The notes beneath the pieces were generated by a model. That model saw only the letters and a program-made list of their open reading frames with translations, did not search any database and was not told the DNA's origin. A stretch of DNA of 64,000 nt from Octopus sinensis (lineage: Eukaryota), in the NCBI RefSeq assembly GCF_006345805.1, contig NC_043008.1, positions 41,850,001-41,914,000 on the forward strand, in the 5' to 3' direction. Every line of letters starts with the position of its first letter. The first letter of the stretch is position 1. Positions 54,352 to 64,000 of the stretch are shown in pieces. The translations under genes were made by a program, and so were the position numbers.

Positions 54352-55006
54352 TTCAAAGTTGCAGAAAGTGTATGGAGAGGAGTATATGAGCTGCACAAAA
54401 GTGTACGAGTCGCTCAGACGTTTCCAAGATGGCCGAAAAGATGTTGATATTGACGAACAGTGTGGGAGGCCCGCAACTAGCACAGAAAAACATCGCAGAT
54501 GTGCGTGCAGCTGTGAGGATAAATCGTCGAATCACCATCCGTCAGTTATTAGAGGATGTGCAGATTAGTTACAGTTCAGTTCAGTCCATTATCACGGAAG
54601 ATTTGGATAGAGAGACGCAAGTCTGCTAAGTTTGTGCCAAAACTGCTTTCGGCTGACCAAAATGAAACTCGAGTTTGAGTTGCACAGGATCTCCTTGATT
54701 GTGTCGAAAATGATGAAAACCTTTTGAAAATTTGCGTAGGCCTCTGAGCACGTATTACCAAGCTTTTGGCAAAATTTGACGCAGACTCTCTGCTCAACTC
54801 TTCCCGTTATGGCCAATACCACGATTACAAGCTACACACCTTCCTTCCAAACACTACTGTAAACAGTGGAACTGAGCTACAACGTTAAAACTTAGTGCGC
54901 ATGCACAACAAAGATCATAGTCAATCTAAGGCAAGCGGCTATACTCTGCATGCTTTAGCTTCGTTACTCTGGCAGCACTCTGAATACTTATTGATCAGAC
55001 CACGTA
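54352..55006. mobile_element. Second mariner 5' half with an internal inversion
   Basis: Minus strand carries TIR TACGTGGTCTGATCAATAAG and EQRVCVKFCQKLG. Plus strand carries the continuation KLQKVYGEE..GRPATS..FVPKLL. Confidence 0.8.
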
Positions 55007-55129
55007 TGGATGGATGGATAGTAATCATTTAGCTTATTTCTAATATTTTCATAACTAGAATGCGGAAGGTCCATGTCGACTTAGGCGTAATAGTGTCACC
55101 GTTAAAGTGTCGGATGCTCTGAGAAATGG

Positions 55130-55855
55130 GAGTGGTCGACACTGCTCTGAGTAAGAAACGGCGGCAGGAGGAAAAATTAACATCAAAAGTCCATACAGTC
55201 AGAGAGCGTCGTAGAGCGCTGGACGGAAAAAGCAGTTAAATTGTTCGGGTTCTGGTGTGGCCCGTACCTCCAGGAGAAGAAGAACAGGAGGAGATTGACG
55301 AGCAGGGTGGCCAGTCTCATTCAGAAACGGACAGAGAGGAAGATGTTTGCCCACCCCACGCCTTCTTTTGGTCGGGAAAGGAAGGCAGTTTTCAACTGTC
55401 TGGTGGCTATGGCGAAAGAGGTAGTGTGGTAGACGAAGTTGAAATGACAGAAGATAGATACTTTCCTCTTTGACCAAGCTTTCGTCGACTTTTTCAAATT
55501 CCACCTGAAAAGGAAAGTGAGGGTGGAGAGAAAAGTGCCGAACCCTACCCACCCAGTACTTGTTTTGAAAGGTGTGAATGTGGCGTGGGAGGACTGTGTG
55601 GATGGGCCTAGTCTGGGCATATGTTTGTAAGGTGGAGAGGTTAGGCAGTGGTCGATGTGTCAAGGATGTATAGTTTTCCTTGGTTGCCCCTGGATGGAGT
55701 TTCCACCCTTTGGGGAAATATTATTGTTCGAATTTTTAATGCCAGTTTTTATTGATGTTTTTTCTCCTTACATGCACTATATGTAAATCCTCACTGCACC
55801 TTTATGTTGTACCGTCCTTTGCTTTTGTGTGTGGCCCCTATGGCTAGTAAAGAAA
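55130..55855 (+). mobile_element. L1/Tx1-like 3' fragment
   Basis: LVAMAKEVVW...VDFFKFHLKRKVRVER resembles the Tx1 ORF2 C-terminus; followed by a 3' UTR. Confidence 0.6.
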
Positions 55856-57074
55856 GGATCATCACCATCATCAACATCATCAGGGTGGCGAGCTGGGCGA
55901 GTCGTTAACACGTCGTGAAAAATTTTGGCGGCATTTCGTCCGTCCTTACATAGTGAGTTCAAATACCACTGGGGCTGAGTTGACCTTCTGGGGTGGAAAA
56001 AAATAATTACCAGTTAAGCACAGGGGTCAATGTAATCAACTTGAACTCTCTCCCGAACATGCTGGCCTTGTGCCAAAATTTGAAAGCATTATTATCATTA
56101 TTATCATCATCATCATTCCGCTCCTTAAAGACCAAAAGGTTTTTAAACGCAGCTTTTATCCTGTTTGAATCAATAAATTATATTGCTTCATATTTTGTAT
56201 TGTCATAAACCAAGTGATTCAAATGATTTCCAAAATATTAACGACAGTTAAACCAAGATGAATCTTTTAACTTTAATTCTATTACCTTTGAATTAAATAG
56301 AATTTAACTATCATTTAAATTCTGCTTTGTGATTCTATACTTCGTAAAAATATTTATTATATTTATTTATTATAAAACTTTTAAAATATTATTGTTGGTT
56401 CTAAATAGCTTCAGTTCAAATGTAAACAAATACGAAGTTTTGAACACCGTTCTTCTCAACATTAAACAGTTTTATTCGAATCAATATATACCTTTCTTTT
56501 AAGTATTAAATTACATTTCATTTAACTTTTATTTGGTATGAAAATAATTCAAATAATAAAAATACATTTATCTGTTTTTAAAACTATATAGTTTTATGGT
56601 ATGCCCGTTTCAACGAGTGTGTCTCTGCACCGATACATGGCCTGCTAGTTATAGCAAGTGAATCAGCCTCAAATCACATTTTGATCATATACCTTCCTTA
56701 TCAGAACTAAAGTGAAAAATCGACACCGAGCGCAAAATAAAAGAAATTTGCCTGATCGATGAAAGCCAATTCAGTTCCGATCGCCAATGTTGTTGGCATT
56801 TGATCCTTTAACTTTCGTGAGACTCATTTTTGAATCAACACTTACTAAAAGAAAACAAAAAGAATATCAATTTTGTATTTTTTTAATTTCTGTATCTTAT
56901 AACAATGAAGACGGCTAACCAGTCTCTCGTATAAACGTGTTTTTCATATTCTTGCGAGGAAATATGAAATAATAGTCTAACAAAAGAGCACTGAATACTT
57001 TCGTCTTGAATTAGCTAACCGTTAATAGCAAGATAACTATGATGAACACATCGTCCCAATCATTACTACCAATC

Positions 57075-57488
57075 TCTTTTACTCTTTTTCTTGTTTCGGT
57101 CATTTGATTGTGGCCATGCTGGAGCACTGCCTTTAGTCGAGCAGGACTTATTGCTTGTAAGCCTAGTACTTATTCTATCGGTCTCTTTTGCCGAATCGCT
57201 AAGTTACGGGGACGTAAACACACCAACATCGGTTGTCAAGCGATGTTGAAGGGACAAACACAGACACACAAACATATACTCACACACATGCATATATATA
57301 TATAAATATATATATATATACATATATACGACGGGCTTCTTTCAGTTTCCGTCTACCAAATCCACTCACAAGGCTTTGGTCGGCCCGAGGCTATCGTAGA
57401 AGACACTTGTCCAAGGTGCCACCCAGTGGGACAGAACCCGGAACCATGTGGTTGGAAAACAAGCTACTTACCACACAGCCACTCCTGA
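57075..57488 (-). mobile_element. SINE family A
   Basis: Matches 46598-47020. Confidence 0.9.
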
Positions 57489-57924
57489 CATTCCTCAACG
57501 CTAATGCAACAACACCATTCTCCAGCTCAGGGAACTGATATGCTACCGTTCACCTTGTTTTGTGGATATTGTAGTCTTCTCCAGGGTTTGGCAATATATT
57601 AAGCTGTTTCAGTTGGTGTACGTCACCTAGATGGATGGCCAGAGTGTCTAATATTTTTTTAGTTTTAATATAAATGTTTTGATTCTTGTACGTTGCCCTG
57701 TCTTATTGATTGGTTGTCAACCGTGTTATCTATAGAGGGAAGTAGATTTTTATGTTATAAGTCATCCACTATGTTTAAAATGGTAGTTTTATTTTGTCAT
57801 TTGTTTTTTTCTTGTTCTGTCAGTTGTTCTTATTGTTTTGATAGTCTATCTCCGAATCGTGATGTTGGAACCGATTACGTTCCTTTCTAACGGTTGCAAC
57901 TCAACGAAATTAAATACATACGCC

Positions 57925-58278
57925 AAGACGTTGCTATGTGGTAAGAAGCTTGCTTCCCGTCGACATGGTTCCCGGTTCAGTTCCACTGCGTGGTACATTG
58001 GGCAAGTGTCTTCAACTATAGCCTCGGCCGGACCAAAGACTTGTGAGTGGATTTCGTAGACGGAAACTGAAAGAAACCCGTTGTATATATCGCTTGACAA
58101 CCGATGTTAGTGTGTTCACTTCCTTGTAATTTAGCGGTTCAGCAATAGAGACTGATAGAGTAAGTACTAGGCTTTCAAAGAATAAGTCCTGGGGTCGATT
58201 CGTTCGACTATATGTGATGCTCCAGCGTGGCCACAGTCAAATGACTGGAACAAATAAAAGAACAAAATAATAAAAGAA
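57925..58278 (+). mobile_element. SINE family A lacking most of the internal microsatellite
   Basis: Matches 46598-47020. Confidence 0.85.
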
Positions 58279-59437
58279 TGCAGGGAGGGAATCCAAGCAG
58301 AAAGACGTCCTCTTGAATGATTAGTACGAAAACAAGGATGAGTGACGGTAAGAGGAGAAAAGCTTGAGTAGAGATTGCACAAGATGAGTCGTTTCTGGGG
58401 AACTGAGCCCACGGCACTAGCCGTGAAAGCAAGGGGAGGACGAAAACGGCACATTAGTCAGAGGTTGTTGTGTTACGGTTTCACGATTTCATTCCGAACA
58501 ACAAAGAAAACCATTTTTATGCTCACTAATATATTTCTGTGCGTCAGCAGTTGCAACCCAGGTATGAGAGCAGTAACCCACACTGGGCCTCGCTTGAGCA
58601 TTGTTGGGATTTAATAGTTATTGGTGGCTGAAGCATTTTCTGGTTCTGAATACTTAATCTTTGTGATACAATATTTGTTGTAATCACGAGAAGTTCTAAC
58701 AGTATGCTGCCCACAAACAGCAATTTGATGTGACAATATTTTCTTGATACGCGCTATAATTTTGCATTTTTTATATGATGACAGTTCATGATTGCTACGG
58801 CCCTACTCAAAGATATTTTTGAGGTCACAGTTCAGATTTGACAATTAATATCTATAGTGCACACAAACAATGGTTAAGTGCAGAACCGAATCTTAGAGCA
58901 CACTAAAATTGGTAAACCCCGAGGCAGTTTGATTTGACAAGATTTTGTTCTAAACAGTGTGATGAGTGCAGCCTCTAATTGAATAGTTTTGCTAATAGAT
59001 TTGTGTAACAGATACAGTCGAAAGTTACCCCGATGTCGAGTCAATTGCACAGCGTTTGTCAAATATATCAAGGGTCACAGCCGACTAATGATAAAGTAGA
59101 ATAAAGCTCCAATAGATGAAACTTTACACAAACAATATTGCTGGCCGTGGAAGAGGAAAAAGAAAGTCAAGTTGTCTGAGATGACTGTTCTTAGTGGCTG
59201 TCTCCGTCATAATTGAGAATTTAGAAGTGAGGGTGATCTAAGAGTTTCGGAAGGGAAGGCCTGACTTGGGAATGTATCACACTGTGGCGTGTTTCGAAAG
59301 ATGAAAAGCTTGCATGCAGGTGATGAAACTAGATGACGGAGCGATGAGTATTGCAAAAACTTCGGCTTCTGTACCGACAGCATCAGTACGGAATGGATTT
59401 GAGAGATGGGATTTGAGATTTTGAAACAATTTATATT

Positions 59438-59495
<58 letters not shown>

Positions 59496-59512
59496 GGATA
59501 GATGGATAGATG

Positions 59513-59559
<47 letters not shown>

Positions 59560-60319
59560 GGATAGATAGATAATTAGATATACACACAAACATGTACATA
59601 TATGTATACATATATATTTGTATGTATGTATATATGTATGTATATATATATATGTTATATGTATGTATATATATATTTGTATATATGTGTATATATATGT
59701 GTATATATATATATATCTTTGTATGTATATGTGTATATATATATATACATAAATATATATTTTAATACATATATATATATATACACACACATGCACACAC
59801 ACACAGAGAAATGTCTGTATATAGTGTAGGTAGGGTAAAATCCAAGCTCTGTGAGCGTATTCGTGTGTGTGTGTTTGTGTGTATACACACATATGTACGT
59901 TCGTATACGAGTTATCTAACATATTTATTCAAATGCAGACGACATTTAATAAAGAATGGACGACATATAGCTTCTATTTCTAGCAACTCTCAGAACCAAA
60001 TTGAAGGGTTCTCTCTAACCTGCTCATGTATCATAGTCTAACAGCTCTCTGCACACCATAACTAATTCTTAGATTGATGGCTATACTTAAGGAATCGCTT
60101 TAATTCTTCCAATATGTTGTACGATCCATCTTTGTGATGGATTATCCCTGGCATTCCATAAAAACATTTTCTAGAAAATTCTAAACTGCTTCATATCAAA
60201 GTTTATTCCTACCATTATGAAGGAAACTTTGGCGGATGTAAAAAGAAATTTGCTACTATTCTACTGCAAAAATTCTTCGTATGGAATCTGTTTTACTGCG
60301 ATGGTTCTTAAGTAATGGG

Positions 60320-60860
60320 TGGAGTCTGGTGTTGGTGCTTGTGGCATTGGTCTTAATGGTGTTGGTTGATAGTGGTGGTCATGCAGCTGGGTTGATGATG
60401 CTGGCGATGATGACGATCTTACTGCCGCTGCTGGGACCTGGTAGTGGTGGTAGTGGTAGTGGTGGTGGTGGTGGTGAGGATGATCACGATGATGATGATG
60501 TTGACGATAACGATGATGATAGCAAGAATAATAACAAGAATTGAAGTGATGGGAGGTTGTGTGGTGATGATGATGGTGATGGTGGTGGTGGTGGTAGCCA
60601 TGATGATGATTATGATGATGATGGTGATGATGTTGATAACGATAATGATGGTGTAATGGTGTGGGAGAGTTGTGGTGGTTGTGGTGATGGTGTTGGTGTT
60701 GGTGTTGTTGTCGTGGTGGGGATGGGGGTGGCGGTGCTGGGGTGGCGGTGCTGGTGGCGGCGGTGGTGTTGATGGCGGCGGCGGCGGCAGCGGTGGTAGT
60801 AGTGGGGTGGCGGTGGTGTTGATGGCAGCGGCGGCAGAGGCGGTGGTGGTGGTGGTTATG
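60320..60860. repeat. Low-complexity GGT/GAT/GGC triplet tract
   Basis: Directly visible; produces spurious ORFs in several frames. Confidence 0.85.
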
Positions 60861-61249
60861 ATTGCGAAAACACAGTTGATGGAGTAACGCTATATAGAAT
60901 CAGACAAGGTTGAATATTTAGAAAGTTCACTTCGTAGCCATGATCTCCCGGTTTTAGTCTTACAATACAGCAACTGGGATAAGTCCGTTTAGCAAAACCT
61001 AGAGCAGCGCTAAAGCCTCCTCAATGAAATTGAGTAGACGGAAGCTACCCTTTTTTATGTCCGAACCGGCCAGATTCAGCCCCTCACATCTGCCCTGCAC
61101 AATACAATTCTAGAAAGAAGACATTCACGTCAACAAAATTTCGAATGTACAAAATAATGTATAATTAATTGAAAATAATGTGAATCAATAAGCTAAAATT
61201 AGACAAAGTAATCTGAACGCTAAAGGGTAATATGTGTGTGTGTATGTGC

Positions 61250-61363
<114 letters not shown>

Positions 61364-61383
61364 TGCATATATATATATGTATG

Positions 61384-61497
<114 letters not shown>

Positions 61498-61722
61498 GCA
61501 AAATAGGTAGTCTTGTAAAATGTCAAGAAGAGATCAGAGTTGTAACTATACGAACAAGTAAACCAGCTGGCGGGCAATCTGCTTGGGGTTAAACAAGTAG
61601 AAACATGGAACAGCCACTTTGACGTGGCAAATGACTTTACTTGTTAGTACAGTTATTAATCTGATCTCTTCTTGAGATTTCAGGACTAGATATTTTGCTT
61701 GCTGCAAATCAGTCACCGATTT

Positions 61723-62250
<528 letters not shown>

Positions 62251-62369
62251 TATACTTAACGATAGCAGGAGTGAACCCTTAAACTGACCAGCCAGTTTTG
62301 GCTTTTTCCGTAGCCATCGGCAGTAAGGACACCTCGTTTGGTTGATTCCGGGTTGCCTCACCTATCAGA

Positions 62370-62418
<49 letters not shown>

Positions 62419-62425
<7 letters not shown>

Positions 62426-62711
62426 ATCACGTGACCGACCAGACCATCATATGTTGCTACACATCGCTGGTCACAATGCGTTCGCATTGTTTTAGTCTTC
62501 GAATGACGCCACCCCGCTGGCTAAGCGAGCAGGCCAACAGAAGAAAGAGTGAGAGAAAGAGTACAGCAGGGATCACCACCCCCTGCGGGAGCCTCGTGGA
62601 GCTTTAAGGTGTTTTCGCTCAATAAACACACACATTGCCCGGTCTGGGAATCGAAACCGCGATCCTACGACCGCGAGTTCGCTGCCCTAACCACTAGGCC
62701 ATTGCGCCTCC
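62419..62711 (-). mobile_element. tRNA-derived SINE (head 1 + tail 3)
   Basis: Head as at 47901; tail ends GGTCGGTCACGTGATCACGTGA followed by (TA)n. Confidence 0.88.
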
Positions 62712-62735
62712 ACACACACACACACACACACACAT

Positions 62736-62780
<45 letters not shown>

Positions 62781-62863
62781 CCATAGAAATGTATGGATAA
62801 TTTAGCAGATCGCTAATGGGTATACAAACAATTAATAGAAACAGCTGTTTGCAATGTTATACC

Positions 62864-63094
62864 TATTTTATTACTACCCACAAGGGGTTAAACACAGAGA
62901 GGACAAACAAGGACAGAGAAACGGATTAGGCCGATTACGTCGACCTCAGTGCGTAACTGGTACTTATTTAATCGACCCCGAAAGGATGAAAGGTAAAGTC
63001 GACCTCGGCGGAATTTGAACTCAGAACGTAGCGGCAGACGAAATACCGCTAAGCATTTCACCCGGCGTGCTAACGTGTCTGCCAGCTCGCCGCC
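62864..63094 (-). mobile_element. SINE family B, full-length with 17-bp TSD
   Basis: TSD GTTTGCAATGTTATACC (62847-62863 and 63095-63111). Confidence 0.92.
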
Positions 63095-63580
63095 GTTTGC
63101 AATGTTATACCGTAAATGAAAATTATAGTCATCAACTAAACTTGACTAAGGGCATGAATAACACCTATATTGCTATATATTGAATAACACCTATATATTG
63201 AATATTGAATAACACATATATGTGTGTGCGCGCGCGTGGGTATACTGCTTTGTAGGAGCATTATTGTTTTATGTTTGCGAGAGATTAGTTGTATTACTTT
63301 ATATAATACATAAGGATATATATTTATATGTATATATTTGTATGCGTGTGTGTGTTTTGAGAGAGAAAGGGAGAGAGGGAGAGAGAGGGAGAGGTGCTCG
63401 TTCCTGTGCTGATGCATACAAAGACAGTCATACTGCCCAATCTACGACTCGAAGAGGTAACGCACTCGATAGATTTTTGGGGTGCAATTCAATCTTGTAT
63501 TCGTATGGAAAATTCCGCTAACACAGAGTAAGCTAGCAGTTTCATTCCGTGCACATCTGTACGTAAGTGCGATACGTACG

Positions 63581-63611
<31 letters not shown>

Positions 63612-63925
63612 TTAGACATGTATATATATGTAAATATATATTGCATGTAATTATTTCATCTGTAATAGTTAAAGATAGGTTATCATATATACATTAATAA
63701 ATATATATTACATATTTGTATGTGTGTGCGCGTGTGGGTATATGTGGTTGATCGTATAGAATAGAATCACACATATTTACTGAAAACAAAGAATTAGGAA
63801 CTGCTACGTCAGTACAAGTGAGGTTATATTTATACTTCAAGTATTTTGCTCTTGTGTTCTCCATCTGACAATGGCTATTATTTATACAAAGGAAAGTACA
63901 CTAAAACAATACTTGTGCATGTCTT

Positions 63926-63983
<58 letters not shown>

Positions 63984-64000
63984 TATGTGTGTTGGTGTAC

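Noticed and set aside
60281-60887. Gly/Asp-rich or membrane protein ORFs
   Set aside because: Triplet low-complexity sequence that is open in multiple frames.

Overview
AT-rich animal genomic DNA with very dense microsatellites ((TA)n, (ATT)n, (GATA)n, (CATA)n, (GT)n, (GAA)n). The repeat content (tRNA-derived SINE families, R4/Dong, CR1, Tx1, Penelope, mariner) looks like octopus/cephalopod intergenic or intronic sequence; this is an inference, no search was run. I can support no intact host gene. Nearly all listed ORFs are microsatellite read-throughs or decayed transposon fragments. Main observations: (1) at least six minimal type-I hammerhead ribozyme (HHR) motifs, mostly in Penelope-like (PLE) remnants sitting in (TA)n tracts; (2) a TSD-flanked element that joins a tRNA-like Pol III head to an HHR-containing tail, a candidate ribozyme-bearing, possibly Penelope-mobilised SINE; (3) modular head/tail shuffling among SINEs, and two candidate LINE/SINE pairs with shared 3' tails; (4) a 555-bp TG...CA element found three times, always in (ATT)n; (5) a cryptic ~17-bp-period array of about 1 kb; (6) MITEs, Helitrons, and a mariner with an internal inversion. 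Coordinates and alignments were read by eye and may be off by a few bases.
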